NCBI GenBank assembly: GCA_963752595.1
Contig: CAVVYZ010000017.1
Span: 96,001 to 160,000, forward strand
DNA from: an uncultured delta proteobacterium
Lineage (GTDB): Bacteria > Desulfobacterota > Desulfomonilia > UBA1062
DNA length: 64,000 bases
Direction: 5' to 3'
Shown one piece after another: positions 29,901 through 43,757 of this stretch. Position 1 is the first letter of the stretch. The number at the start of each line of letters is the position of its first letter. The position numbers were made by a program, and so were the translations under genes. The notes beneath the pieces were generated by a model, which was not told the origin of the DNA, made no database searches, and saw only the letters and a program-made list of their open reading frames with translations.

Positions 29901-31100
29901 GGCTCATCTCCTCAGTTCTTTTGGTGCTCGAAGATCTTTTCTTCAATGAAGAAGTCGCCCGTATCCGGGTCGAGTTCTTTCTGTTTTGGCTGATATGATG
30001 CGCAGGTTCGTACCGGTCTTCGCGTTCTTTAAGCCACTGGATGATTTTGGGAGCAAATTCCTTCTGCGTCTTACTGCTGACATAGATACCGATATGGCCG
30101 GTATCGAGGCATACATTTTCGGTGTCCTTGCTTCCCACCACACTGGTGATCTGTTCAGCAGCTCCGGGGGGCACAAGATGGTCGTACTGGCCATAAATAT
30201 TGAGAAGCGGCATGGTGATATTCTTCAGATCCACCCGCTTGCCGCCGACCACGAGCTTGTTCTGAATGAGCAGATTTCTCTGGTAGCAGTCCTTGACGAA
30301 CTGTCGGAAGGTCTCGCCCGGTACATCAGGGCTGTCGAAAATCCATTTTTCCATGCGGATAAAGTTTTCGACAAATGCCTTGTTGTCCATGTTCTCCATG
30401 AAACCCACGTATTTGTCGATCATCAGTCGTGCCGGATTGAGGAGCAGAAATCCGAAATTCATGAGGTCCCCGGGCATGTTCCCGAAGGTGTCGATCACCT
30501 GGTCCGGATCCATCGCATTTCATCCAGACATGCAGCAGGCCCTGGTCGGTGTCGAAATTGGTCGGGGTAGACCGTCGTGATAAGGTTCTTGATCTTGTTC
30601 GGGTGCAGTGCGGAATAGATGACGGAGAAGGTTCCTCCCATGCAGATGCCCATGAGATTGATCTTGCTCGACCTTTGCCGCTTCCGGATGAAGTTTACGA
30701 TATTGTCCATGTACCCATTGACATGATCGTCGATGGTAAGGAACTTGTCCTTTCGTGTAGGGTATCCCCAGTCAATCATATATAGATTGATGCCGTTTTC
30801 CTGAAAGCTCTTTACCACACTCCTCTCCGGCTGGAGATCGAGCATGGTTTCCCGGTTGATGAGGGCATAGACGACAAGGAGAGGCGTTTTGATGTCATCA
30901 GGGGATGTGCGGGTAGGAGAATAATACTTTAATTTAACACGATCTTCTTCATATATCGTCTCATACGGGGTGGTGGCAATTTCGGTGTTGAGGTTGCTCA
31001 GGAGTATATCAGAGGCCTTCTGAGCCCGCACATGGGCACTCTCTGCCTCCTCGGCAAGGTGCTTTATAATCATATCGACAGGAATTACCGGTTTATCCAT
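29833..31100 (-). CDS. phaC: class III PHA synthase catalytic subunit (two 1-nt insertions, ~30569 and ~30517; true stop may be nearer 29905)
   Basis: PLLVVYALINR..LDLQP, IDWGYP, GICMGG, RMEKWIFDSPD, YDHLVPP, TGHIGIYVS. Confidence 0.9.
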
Positions 31101-31116
31101 GGTTTCTCCTTTGCTG

Positions 31117-32007
31117 CTATTCCTTCCCGTTCACCTTTTCAAGCTCCCTGACTTTCTTTTTCAGCAGGTACACCTCTTTGTAGAGGTCGTCCATTTCCTT
31201 GCTCGTTGGAATGGGATAGGTCTGGAGCATGTCCTGTATGATGTCGTTGCGGGCTCCAAGATAGTCCTCCAGCGCAGCCATCGTTTTACTAAAGGTTTTA
31301 TTGTACTCTGATGATTGAAAGAGGGTCATGAAGTGGCCTTCAAGTGTTTTCACCCACATCCGGTAATACTCTCTGGAATCCCCAGGGAGTTTCCCCGCTT
31401 TTGTGAGCACCTCAATTTTTTCGTGCATCATCTTGTTGGTTTTTTCAAACGGCATTTGGACCAGCTGAAGGAATTCGGCAAGGGAAGTTGCAAATAAGTT
31501 ATATTTATCCAGAGCTTGATTGATTTTCTCTTGATGGTATCTGTTCAAGCCAAGCTGGGGTATATTGAAGTAACGTCTGATTTCGCTCTTGTAAATGTTC
31601 GACCAGGTCTGGAGAGTTTCCTGGTCAAGATTGTCGAAGCTGTACGGCTCGGAGCGCGAACCCAGTTTCCCGACTTTCTCGAAGGCTTGCTTCTGAAGGG
31701 TAAGGAATGCATTCACCCCGGATTGGAGAAAGTTCGAGGTTATATCGGGCAGTACTGCAATTCCTCGAAATGCGGCATCCATAGCAGACGGTTCACCCAA
31801 TGCGGTGGATATGGCGGTGAATGATTTGAGGCCGGAGAGGAAAGCATCCTGCAAAGCGTGCCCGTTCTCTTTTTTTGGAGTGGTATTTCCTGTTGAGTTC
31901 TGACTGTTCTGTCCGGAGCCTGACTTTACCCAGAACTGATTTGCAGCCTTCAGCCATTCTGAGATCAATGTCTGCTGGTCAGGAATAGTTTGTTCTTTGT
32001 TGTCCAT
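31117..32007 (-). CDS. phaE: class III PHA synthase subunit PhaE
   Basis: PQLGLNRYHQE, YRMWVKTLE, SSEY, IPTSKEMDDLYKEVYLLKKKVREL; directly upstream of phaC. Confidence 0.88.
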   Translation of the reverse strand: MDNKEQTIPDQQTLISEWLKAANQFWVKSGSGQNSQNSTGNTTPKKENGHALQDAFLSGLKSFTAISTALGEPSAMDAAFRGIAVLPDITSNFLQSGVNAFLTLQKQAFEKVGKLGSRSEPYSFDNLDQETLQTWSNIYKSEIRRYFNIPQLGLNRYHQEKINQALDKYNLFATSLAEFLQLVQMPFEKTNKMMHEKIEVLTKAGKLPGDSREYYRMWVKTLEGHFMTLFQSSEYNKTFSKTMAALEDYLGARNDIIQDMLQTYPIPTSKEMDDLYKEVYLLKKKVRELEKVNGKE

Positions 32008-32271
32008 ACCTTACCTCATGGGCAAAAAGATGTACAGGGATTAGTTCCACACCACACTCCAGCCAAAGGAAAATTCGAGATCAAATATCATACAAAAAGA
32101 GTAAGGGCTCTGTTCTGTTTTTCAATGGATGAAAGATGATCGATGTTGAGAAATTTGAAGGTATTCCAAAAAGGAAGCATGAATGAAAAAAAGGATAAGC
32201 AGTCGAAGACAGTCGACAAAAGTACCTTGACAAAGAAAATGTAGTTGCTTATATGGGTAGGGTGTTTTTGG

Positions 32272-32346
<75 letters not shown>

Positions 32347-32454
32347 AACTTTTACTTTAGTCTTTCTTGGAAAGATAAACCTCCCTTCGGCAATATCATT
32401 TCTTGCACGAACCTTGTGGTCCTGTGCCTCATATCATTCGTCAGAGATAGTGGC

Positions 32455-32493
32455 AAAAAAAGCCTTGCGGCGCATACCGATCCGCCGCAAGGC
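32455..32493 (-). terminator. intrinsic terminator for asnS (possibly bidirectional)
   Basis: 11-bp stem GCCTTGCGGCG/CGCCGCAAGGC preceded by A7 on the plus strand. Confidence 0.8.
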
Positions 32494-32542
32494 CGCGTAC
32501 TTCTTTACTTCTGAGCCCTCAACCCATTCCTTCTTGCCCCTC

Positions 32543-33838
32543 TTACGGATATGCGCGATAGATCATCCTAGGGAACGGAATGGTTTCACGTACATGCTTG
32601 AGCCCGCAGATCCATGAGAGGGTCCTCTCGATCCCGAGGCCGAACCCGGAATGGGGGACGCTGCCGTACTTTCTCAAATCGAGATACCAGCCATAGCGCT
32701 CCGGCTCGAGATTATTGTCCCGTATTGCCTGAATAAGCTTGTCGTAATCGTCCTCGCGCTGAGATCCGCCGATGATCTCCCCATATCCTTCCGGCGCCAG
32801 CAGGTCGGCGCACTTGACATACTCGGGTTTGTCCGGGTGCTGCTTCATGTAGAATGCCTTGACCTTCTTGGGGTAGTTCTCGATGAAGATGGGTTTGTCG
32901 TAGAGGCTCGTTATGATGGTTTCGTCATCTCCCCCGAGGTCGGCCCCCCACTGGATGTCCGAGCCGTTCTTCCGGAGGAGTTCTAACGCCTCGTCGTAGG
33001 TGATTCGATTGAAAGGCGGCTTGACCTTTTTCAAAGGCTCAAGATCTCTCTCCAGGGATATAAGCTCTGCTTCCATCTCTGCAAGGGTGTTCTGGACGAT
33101 GTACGAAACAAAGTCCTCCTGGAGTGCGAGATTCTTGTCATGATCGAAGAACGCCATCTCGGCCTCGACCATCCAGAACTCGATGAGGTGCCGGCGCGTC
33201 TTGGATCGTTCCGCTCTGAATGTGGGGCCCAAGCAGAAGACCTTCCCCAGCCCGAATATGGCAGCCTCGAGGTAGAGCTGGCCGGTCTGGGAGAGGTATG
33301 CCTTCCCGAGGTCGAAGTAATCGACCGAAAACAGGCTTGAGGTATCCTCGCCGCAGGTGGTGGTGAATATGGGCGAGTCGATCAGGGTGAAGCCGTTTTT
33401 ATGGAAATATTCCCTGACATGCCGTACCAGCGCGTCCCTTACCCGCATGATGGCAGTCTGTCTGCTTGATCTGAGCCAGAGATGGCGGTTGTTCAGGAGA
33501 AAGTCCGGGCCGTGCTCCTTCTTTCCGATGGGAAACTCCTCGGACTTGTGAACGATCTCTACCTTTGTTGCGTTCATTTCATACCCGCCCGGCGATCTGG
33601 GCTCTTCCCGTACCGTTCCCTGAACGATCACGGACGATTCAATGGGGATCTTCTTGATTTCAGGATAGATCTCCTCGCCCATGACTTCTCGTTCCGCAAT
33701 GACCTGGCAGATACCGCTTCCGTCCCGGATAATGAGAAAAGAAAGCTTGCCGCTGGACCTCCTGTTGGAAACCCATCCCTTGATGATGACCTCTTCTTCC
33801 GTATGTTTGGAGAAGTCCTTGATGAGACATTCTATCAT
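32543..33838 (-). CDS. asnS: asparagine--tRNA ligase
   Basis: OB fold, RHLWLRS, FRAERSKTRRHL.EFWM.E, GEIIGGSQRE, PHSGFGLGIER. Confidence 0.96.
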   Translation of the reverse strand: MIECLIKDFSKHTEEEVIIKGWVSNRRSSGKLSFLIIRDGSGICQVIAEREVMGEEIYPEIKKIPIESSVIVQGTVREEPRSPGGYEMNATKVEIVHKSEEFPIGKKEHGPDFLLNNRHLWLRSSRQTAIMRVRDALVRHVREYFHKNGFTLIDSPIFTTTCGEDTSSLFSVDYFDLGKAYLSQTGQLYLEAAIFGLGKVFCLGPTFRAERSKTRRHLIEFWMVEAEMAFFDHDKNLALQEDFVSYIVQNTLAEMEAELISLERDLEPLKKVKPPFNRITYDEALELLRKNGSDIQWGADLGGDDETIITSLYDKPIFIENYPKKVKAFYMKQHPDKPEYVKCADLLAPEGYGEIIGGSQREDDYDKLIQAIRDNNLEPERYGWYLDLRKYGSVPHSGFGLGIERTLSWICGLKHVRETIPFPRMIYRAYP

Positions 33839-33945
33839 ATCGTCTTATCAGCCTCCTTTGCCTGTGAACGTTCATAACGTATTAGCCATCTTGAATCAAC
33901 TACAAACAATTGATTCTTTGCAAGCATAGTGCTATCTCTTGCACT

Positions 33946-34299
33946 ATGAATTTCGGATATAAAATTTGGATCGAAAAGGACGGGAATACGGTTTTCGGGA
34001 TGGGGATCTTCAGGCTCCTGACCCTTGTAGCGGAGACAGGGTCATTGCATAAGGCTGCCCAGGAACTCAAGATGTCTTATCGTGCAGCATGGGGAAAGGT
34101 CCGGGATTATGAAGAAAGGCTCGGGATAGGCCTGCTTGAAAAGGGAAGGCACGGCAGGACCGGCGCCCACCTGACTCAGGAGGGTCAGCAGATCATGACC
34201 CGCTTCAAGGATATCCTCAAAGAGGTGGATAAGACCCTTACCGCAGACCCCATCGCAAAGTTGATAAACAATATCGGACATGTCGATCCGACCGCGTGA
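33946..34299 (+). CDS. ModE N-terminal-like winged-helix regulator
   Basis: KIWIE...FG.G...LL...TGSLHKAAQELKMSYRAAW...GA.LT. Confidence 0.85.
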   Translation: MNFGYKIWIEKDGNTVFGMGIFRLLTLVAETGSLHKAAQELKMSYRAAWGKVRDYEERLGIGLLEKGRHGRTGAHLTQEGQQIMTRFKDILKEVDKTLTADPIAKLINNIGHVDPTA

Positions 34300-34302
34300 C
34301 CG

Positions 34303-34764
34303 ATGGCGACCGTCGAACGCCTAAGCCGCCTCATAGCGACCTTTTTCGGTGCAGGCTATGCGCCGAAGGCCCCGGGAACGGTTGGAACCTGTGCGGCTTT
34401 GCCGCTGTATTTCCTGCTCAGGATGATGACGCTTCCCCGCTACCTTCTGGTTATCGGCGTCCTCACCTTGCTGGGAGCAGCTGCATCCACAAGGGTGGAG
34501 GCGCAGTGGGGGAAAGATCCTTCCAGGGTGGTGATCGACGAGGTCGTGGGATTGCTTATAGCGCTCGTCTCCAGGCCCAAAGGGGTCAAAGAGATTTGTT
34601 TGGCCTTTGTGCTGTTCCGGTTTTTCGACATCATCAAGCCGCCGCCGGTGAGCTCCATGGAATCCCTTCCCGGAGGAGCCGGCATCATGGCCGATGATAT
34701 GGCCGCAGGGGCATTGAGCGCGTTGGTGCTGGCCGGGATCCGGACAGCAGCGAAAAAATACTAA
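34303..34764 (+). CDS. pgpA: phosphatidylglycerophosphatase A
   Basis: APGTVGT, DPSRVVIDEVVG, FRFFDIIKP, GIMADD. Confidence 0.93.
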   Translation: MATVERLSRLIATFFGAGYAPKAPGTVGTCAALPLYFLLRMMTLPRYLLVIGVLTLLGAAASTRVEAQWGKDPSRVVIDEVVGLLIALVSRPKGVKEICLAFVLFRFFDIIKPPPVSSMESLPGGAGIMADDMAAGALSALVLAGIRTAAKKY

Positions 34765-34771
34765 AATACTT

Positions 34772-35860
34772 ATGGAAGTCTCCATCATTATCACCGGCTC
34801 CGAGATCCTGCGGGGCATGCGCCGGGATATGCTGATCCAGCCCATTGCCTCCATGATGGTAGCGCGCGGCATAACCATGGGGGAGATCCGCATCATAGGC
34901 GATGATCCGAGGATGCTTTCTGCCGCTGTACGCGAACTGGGTTCAGCGTCCGATGTCATTATCGTCACCGGCGGCCTCGGCCTGACACCGGACGATACCA
35001 CCCATACGGCGGTCAGGGAATTGCAGGCAGACCAGAAGGTTCGCATGAACCCTGAAATACAGAATCCCGTAGGCTCTGCCAAAGGCATAGACCTGCACCT
35101 TGAATCAGGCGCCCGGGTCATTTTTCTCCCCGGCGTTCCGCGGGAGATGTTGGCGATGTCCGGCAGCCTTGTCCAGAATTTGCGCCCGGAGTCCCCGGCA
35201 GTTACGGAGATAGCGGTCTTCGGCTTGCGTGAGGTGGAAATCGCAAGGCGCCTCGGGAAGTTGGCCGATTCGTGCGCCTTTCTGCCGAGGGACATGGAGG
35301 TTGCCCTGATCGTGCCTGACAAGATAGAGCAGGAGGTCCGCGGGATATTGAAGAGGCATGCCCTTGAGGAACAAAGCCTGAACGCTTCTGTCGGGGCTCT
35401 GCTCAAACGGAAAGGATTGACGGTTACCGTGGCCGAATCCTGCACCGGAGGCCTCATAGCGCATCTCATTACACAGCTCCCGGGCAGCTCTGCCTATTTT
35501 AAAGGAGCGGTCGTCTCTTACAGCAATGAGCTCAAGAGCACGATCCTGCATGTTCCGGCAACCCTGATCGACCGTCATGGAGCGGTGAGCCGCGAGACCG
35601 CCGAGGCTATGCTCAAGGGGGTCCTGGAAGCTACCGGAGCGGATACGGCCATGGCAACTACGGGGATTGCCGGCCCGTCGGGAGGATCCGAAGAAAAGCC
35701 GGTGGGAACGGTATGGATCGCCGCAGGCATGCAGGATTCCTATACGGTCAAAAATTTCTGCTTCCCGTTCGACAGGCAGGGGAACAAGATGATCTTTGCA
35801 AAGACAGCGCTCTTTCTCTTGAGGGAATTTATCCATGATACGGACGTTCATAGCCTTTGA
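34772..35860 (+). CDS. cinA: CinA/PncC competence-damage inducible protein (NMN deamidase)
   Basis: GSEIL.G, TGGLG.T.DD.T, LPGVPRE, AESCTGG, GSSAYF, TGIAGP. Confidence 0.9.
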   Translation: MEVSIIITGSEILRGMRRDMLIQPIASMMVARGITMGEIRIIGDDPRMLSAAVRELGSASDVIIVTGGLGLTPDDTTHTAVRELQADQKVRMNPEIQNPVGSAKGIDLHLESGARVIFLPGVPREMLAMSGSLVQNLRPESPAVTEIAVFGLREVEIARRLGKLADSCAFLPRDMEVALIVPDKIEQEVRGILKRHALEEQSLNASVGALLKRKGLTVTVAESCTGGLIAHLITQLPGSSAYFKGAVVSYSNELKSTILHVPATLIDRHGAVSRETAEAMLKGVLEATGADTAMATTGIAGPSGGSEEKPVGTVWIAAGMQDSYTVKNFCFPFDRQGNKMIFAKTALFLLREFIHDTDVHSL

Positions 35861-36389
35861 GCTCCCGGATGAGATCAAGGCCTGCCTGGGAGAGGTCATT
35901 TCCGGCCTGAAGCAGAAGAACCGGGCGGTGAAGTGGGTTCACCCCGAAGGCCTCCATGTTACGGTGAAATTCTTAGGCAGCATCGATGAAACCCTCGTAG
36001 AGCCTCTTTCCCGTGATCTGGACGCGATAACAGCCCTTCAGAAGCCCATACGCGTGTCCCTCGCTCGGATGGGGGCTTTCCCTGACCGGAAAAGGCCCCG
36101 GGTCATCTGGGCCGGTCTGAGCGGGGATACGGCCGTTATGGCCATGATTGCCCGGCAGGTTGACGATATGTGTGCCGGATACGGCATGAAACCTGAAACC
36201 AGGCCGTTTCGGGCACACGTAACCATGGGTAGACTAAAGGTGCCGAGTGTGGTAGATTTGGCACAGGAAATTGAGGAAAGGGACTTCGTTATAAACAAAG
36301 TAGTTTTATACAAGAGCGAATTGTCCCCTTCGGGGGCCCGCTACGTTGTTTTGCATTGGAGCGTTCTTGGGCAAGAAAAAGGAGAATAA
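35835..36389 (+). CDS. thpR: RNA 2',3'-cyclic phosphodiesterase
   Basis: RTFIA, HVTVKFLG and HVTMGR (two HxT motifs). Confidence 0.9.
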   Translation: MIRTFIAFELPDEIKACLGEVISGLKQKNRAVKWVHPEGLHVTVKFLGSIDETLVEPLSRDLDAITALQKPIRVSLARMGAFPDRKRPRVIWAGLSGDTAVMAMIARQVDDMCAGYGMKPETRPFRAHVTMGRLKVPSVVDLAQEIEERDFVINKVVLYKSELSPSGARYVVLHWSVLGQEKGE

Positions 36390-36392
36390 ATA

Positions 36393-37484
36393 ATGGAAGA
36401 CGGAAGAAAGCGTGCGTTACAGGATGCCATAACGAAGATCGAGCGTTCCTACGGGAAAGGCTCCATCATGCGTATGGGAGCCGACGACATCGGCAAGGAC
36501 GTTCCGGTCATTTCCACAGGGTCGATGCTCGTTGATTTCGAGGCGCTGACCATCGGTGGGATCCCCCGCGGAAGGGTGACCGAGATTTATGGGGCCGAGT
36601 CCTCCGGAAAGACCACTCTGTCTCTGCATTGTATCGCATCAGCCCAGGCCCAGGGCGGAGTTGCTGCATTCATCGATGCTGAGCACGCACTGGACATCAA
36701 TTATGCAAAGAAACTCGGCGTCAATGTCGAAGATCTCCTGGTATCCCAGCCGGATTCCGGCGAGCAGGCCCTCGAAATCGCCGAGACGCTGGTCCGGTCG
36801 AATGCCGTGGATATCGTAGTAATCGACTCGGTGGCAGCTCTGGTTCCCAGAGCTGAAATCGAGGGAGACATGGGTGATTCCCATATGGGTCTCCAGGCAC
36901 GGCTCATGTCCCAGGCGCTGCGGAAGCTTTCGGGCGCTATTTCCAAAACGAACACAACGGCCATATTCATCAACCAGACACGGCAGAAGATCGGCGTCCT
37001 CTACGGCAACCCTGAGACCACGACAGGCGGCAACGCTCTGAAGTTCTATGCGAGCGTAAGGCTCCAGATCAAGAATGCCGGCCCCATCAAGGAAGGTACC
37101 GAAGTGGTCGGCAACCGGACCAAGGTCAAGGTGGTAAAGAACAAGATGGCCCCGCCGTTCAAGGAAGTGGAGTTCGATATCATGTTCGGCGAGGGGATAT
37201 CCCGTTTCGGTGAGATCCTGGATGTCGGAGCCATGCCCAGCAGGGGGATCATCGAAAAGTCCGGCGCGTGGTACAGTTATAAGAAACAGCGCCTCGGACA
37301 GGGAAGGGAGGCCGCCAAGGCGTACCTGAAGGAACATCCGGAAGTATTCGCCGAGATCTATGAAGACCTCAAGAAGACCTTCGCTGTTGCCGAAAACCAA
37401 GGAAAAAGGGTACAGCCCGCCGAGACTCGGGACAAGCCGGTCGAAGCCCTTGAGAACGAGGCAGGTACGTACGGGGAGGCTTAA
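36393..37484 (+). CDS. recA: recombinase A
   Basis: [36 protein letters not shown]. Confidence 0.98.
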   Translation: MEDGRKRALQDAITKIERSYGKGSIMRMGADDIGKDVPVISTGSMLVDFEALTIGGIPRGRVTEIYGAESSGKTTLSLHCIASAQAQGGVAAFIDAEHALDINYAKKLGVNVEDLLVSQPDSGEQALEIAETLVRSNAVDIVVIDSVAALVPRAEIEGDMGDSHMGLQARLMSQALRKLSGAISKTNTTAIFINQTRQKIGVLYGNPETTTGGNALKFYASVRLQIKNAGPIKEGTEVVGNRTKVKVVKNKMAPPFKEVEFDIMFGEGISRFGEILDVGAMPSRGIIEKSGAWYSYKKQRLGQGREAAKAYLKEHPEVFAEIYEDLKKTFAVAENQGKRVQPAETRDKPVEALENEAGTYGEA

Positions 37485-38619
37485 ATGGATATTAACGATG
37501 TCTTGAGACAGGCAGTTGAAATGTCTGCCTCAGACATTCACATCAAGGTGGGCCTGCCTCCGGTTATCCGGAGGTTCGGTGCGCTCATTCCTTTACGGGA
37601 TCGTGAGCGTCTAACGAATGATGACATCTCATCCATGGCGTACAGCCTCATGAACCAGTACCAGCAGGCGAAATTCGATACGACCAATGAGATAGATCTG
37701 GCGCACAGCCTGTCCGGAGTGGCGCGTTTCAGGGTAAACTGCTTCAGGCAGAGGGGAAGCTACGGCATGGTGCTCAGGGTCGTCCCCACAGACCCTCCTG
37801 ATCTCGAAGAGCTCCATCTGCCCGAAGTCATTCAGAAGATCAGCGTGGAGCGCAAAGGGCTCATCCTCGTTACCGGTACGACGGGTTCGGGTAAGTCCAC
37901 AACGCTCGCAGCCATGGTGAATCATATTAATACCTACCGGAACTGCCACGTGATCACCATCGAAGACCCCATCGAGTTTCTGCACAAGGACAGGAAATGC
38001 ATCATCAACCAGCGAGAGGTGGGCGCTGACACTAACTCCTTCGCCATGGCGCTCCGGGCGGCGCTGCGTCAGGACCCGGATGTAATCCTGGTGGGTGAAA
38101 TGCGTGACCGGGAGACAATCGATATCGCACTCTCCGCTGCAGAGACAGGTCACCTCGTGCTCTCTACGCTGCATACCCTTGATGCGGTGGAAACCATCAT
38201 GCGCATCGTTTCCCAGTATCCACCTCACCAGCACCTGCAGGTAAGGCTCCAGCTCGCAGGCGTCGTCAAGGCGGTCATCTCACAGCGGCTCCTGCCGAAG
38301 GTCGACGGTGAAGGCGTGGTCCCTGCCTGCGAGGTCCTCGTATCCACAGCACGGATACGGGAGTGCATTATCGACGAGACCCGGACCAACGAGGTTCCGG
38401 ATGCCATTGCCGAAGGCCAGATCGCCTACGGCATGCAGACCTTTGACCAGTCCCTCATGGCGCTGGTGAAAGACGGCAGCGTAAGCTACAACGAGGCAAT
38501 GCGCCAGGCCACCAACCCCAATGACTTTGCGCTGCGCATGAAGGGGATCAGGGGCACCAGCGATTCGAAGTGGGACAGCTTCGAAGGGGAAAAGGCAGAA
38601 GAGCGGGGAGAGACCCCAG

Positions 38620-41737
<3,118 letters not shown>

Positions 41738-41741
<4 letters not shown>

Positions 41742-42316
41742 GAACGGCTACGGTCAGCAGGAAGACAAAAGAAACCGAGATAACGGTAAGTTTAGACCTT
41801 GAAGGAGGAGAGCTGATCCTTGACATCCCCTCCGGATTCCTGACCCACATGCTCGATGCCTTCTCAAAGCATGCGGGGATAGGCCTTACGGTGGAGGCCA
41901 AGGGCGATGTGCACGTGGATCTGCACCACACGGTTGAAGATATCGGCATCGTTTTAGGCCAGGCTATGAAGAAGGCACTGGGGGATAAGCGGGGGATCAC
42001 CCGCTACGGCCTGGCAAAGGTGCCCATGGACGAATGCCTCGTGGAAGTATGCCTCGACATCTCCGGCAGGTCCTATTTCCAGATTCACGGTGGGGACGTG
42101 TTCCATGGCCAGGCAGGAGACCTAGATCTGGAGCTCGTGCCCGAGTTTTTCCGAGCAGTAGCCTTCAATGCGGGCATCACCTTGCACATGACCGTATGCG
42201 CTGCGGGCAACGGCCACCACCTGGCAGAGGCCTCCTTCAAGGCATGTGCGCGGGCCATCAGAGAGGCGGTTGCCGTAACCGGCACCGAGATTCCCTCGAC
42301 AAAGGCCAGCCTATGA
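41738..42316 (+). CDS. hisB: imidazoleglycerol-phosphate dehydratase
   Basis: RKTKETEI, FL.HML, DLHHTVED, PMDE, N.HH..E..FK. Confidence 0.95.
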
Positions 42317-42570
42317 TGAAATTCCGGCACGCCAAGGTCAAGACAGCAGACAGCTACACCGCTCCCGGGAAGCCTTTTCACATGGAGATAGACGGAGCAG
42401 GCGTTGAGATCGAGCAGGTCATGAACCACTGGCGGCAGTCGTACGAAGATCCGAGTTTTTATCCCGAGGAGTTCTACGAGGTGAAGACATCCGATAAAAA
42501 GGTGTATATCCTTCGCTACTGCATCCTCTTCAACAGCTGGTGGGTAAAAGAGTACGAGAGGGCGTCATGA
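42313..42570 (+). CDS. small hypothetical protein (DUF6504-like beta fold)
   Basis: ATGA overlaps with both hisB and hisA; IEQVMNHW...FYEVKTSDKKVYILRY...WWV. Confidence 0.65.
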   Translation: MMKFRHAKVKTADSYTAPGKPFHMEIDGAGVEIEQVMNHWRQSYEDPSFYPEEFYEVKTSDKKVYILRYCILFNSWWVKEYERAS

Positions 42571-43286
42571 TCGTCATCCCTGCCATCGATCTCCATGAGG
42601 GAAACGTGGTTCGCCTGAAGAAGGGCGCATTCGACGACGTCACCCGCTACAGCAGCGTGCCATCCGATGTGGCAAAGGCATTCCGCGATGCAGGGGCCAA
42701 GCGGATCCATGTGGTAGACCTCGACGGTTCACTGAAAGGGGAAGGCATCAATACGCAGGCAATAGAATCCATCTGTGCTGCGGCCGGAGTCGAGGTGGAG
42801 CTGGGGGGAGGCATCAGGAGCCTGGATGATGCGCGGCGGGCGTTCGATCTTGGCGTAACCTATGTGATTCTGGGAACGATCACGGCTGCCATGCCGGATA
42901 CTGCAAAAGAAATCATCAGGGCATTCCCGGGAAAAGTCGGGATCGGGATCGATGCCCTGAAAGGCTATGTAGCGATCAAGGGGTGGAAAGAGATTACCCC
43001 TAAGACCGCTGTTTCCCTGGCACGGGAGTATGAAGAGGCAGGTCCTGCGTTCGTAGTGTACACCGATATCGACCGTGACGGCATGCTCGCCGGACCCAAC
43101 ATCGAAGCAACAGGCGAAATGGTGCGGAGCGTCCACATCCCGGTTGTTGCCTCAGGCGGGGTTGCAGGCATAGAGGATGTCTGCGCTCTGAAGCAGATAC
43201 CTTCCCTTTTGGGTGTGATTACCGGCAAGGCGGTTTATGAAGGCCGGATAGATCTGAAAGCTGCCATACGTGAGTGCGAATCCTGA
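42567..43286 (+). CDS. hisA: ProFAR isomerase
   Basis: MIVIPAIDL..G.VVRL.KG, HVVDLDG, GGGIRS, YTDIDRDGML.GPN, ASGG. Confidence 0.95.
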   Translation: MIVIPAIDLHEGNVVRLKKGAFDDVTRYSSVPSDVAKAFRDAGAKRIHVVDLDGSLKGEGINTQAIESICAAAGVEVELGGGIRSLDDARRAFDLGVTYVILGTITAAMPDTAKEIIRAFPGKVGIGIDALKGYVAIKGWKEITPKTAVSLAREYEEAGPAFVVYTDIDRDGMLAGPNIEATGEMVRSVHIPVVASGGVAGIEDVCALKQIPSLLGVITGKAVYEGRIDLKAAIRECES

Positions 43287-43300
43287 ATTAGGAGGAAGAG

Positions 43301-43636
43301 ATGGGTTGTATCTTCTGCAAGATTGTAGCGAACGAGATTCCCTCGTCAAAGGTTTATGAGGATGATCTGGTTGTTGCGTTCGATGACATCGAGCCATTGG
43401 CACCGGTGCACGTGGTCGTGATTCCCAAGAAGCACATTGCGGACATAGGCGAGCTCGATGACAGCGCAATCTGGTTTGCCATGCTCAAGGCCGCACAGAA
43501 GGCAGCGAAGATAAAGGGTGTGGACCGGACCGGGTACCGCCTCGCCATCAACTGCGGGAAAGACGGTACCCAAATCGTCCAGCATGTTCACCTCCACGTC
43601 ATGGGGGGAAGACAGCTCGAGAGCAAGATGGGATAA
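43301..43636 (+). CDS. histidine triad nucleotide-binding protein (HinT-like)
   Basis: CIFCKI, HVHLH. Confidence 0.93.
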   Translation: MGCIFCKIVANEIPSSKVYEDDLVVAFDDIEPLAPVHVVVIPKKHIADIGELDDSAIWFAMLKAAQKAAKIKGVDRTGYRLAINCGKDGTQIVQHVHLHVMGGRQLESKMG

Positions 43637-43757
43637 CAAGGACAGAGGTAAGGATTCAGGGCCCGGAATCATAACGACCCTAAAATGAAATGCCCCGGTT
43701 TTATTCTTTATAAGAAAAACGGCCAAGCATATCCGTTACACTCAGCGCACCCTGAAC

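Noticed and set aside
30517-30569. phaC as a split gene or pseudogene
   Set aside because: Removing two single-base insertions restores ITTVTPTNFDTDQGLLHVWMKAMDPD, and all catalytic motifs are intact
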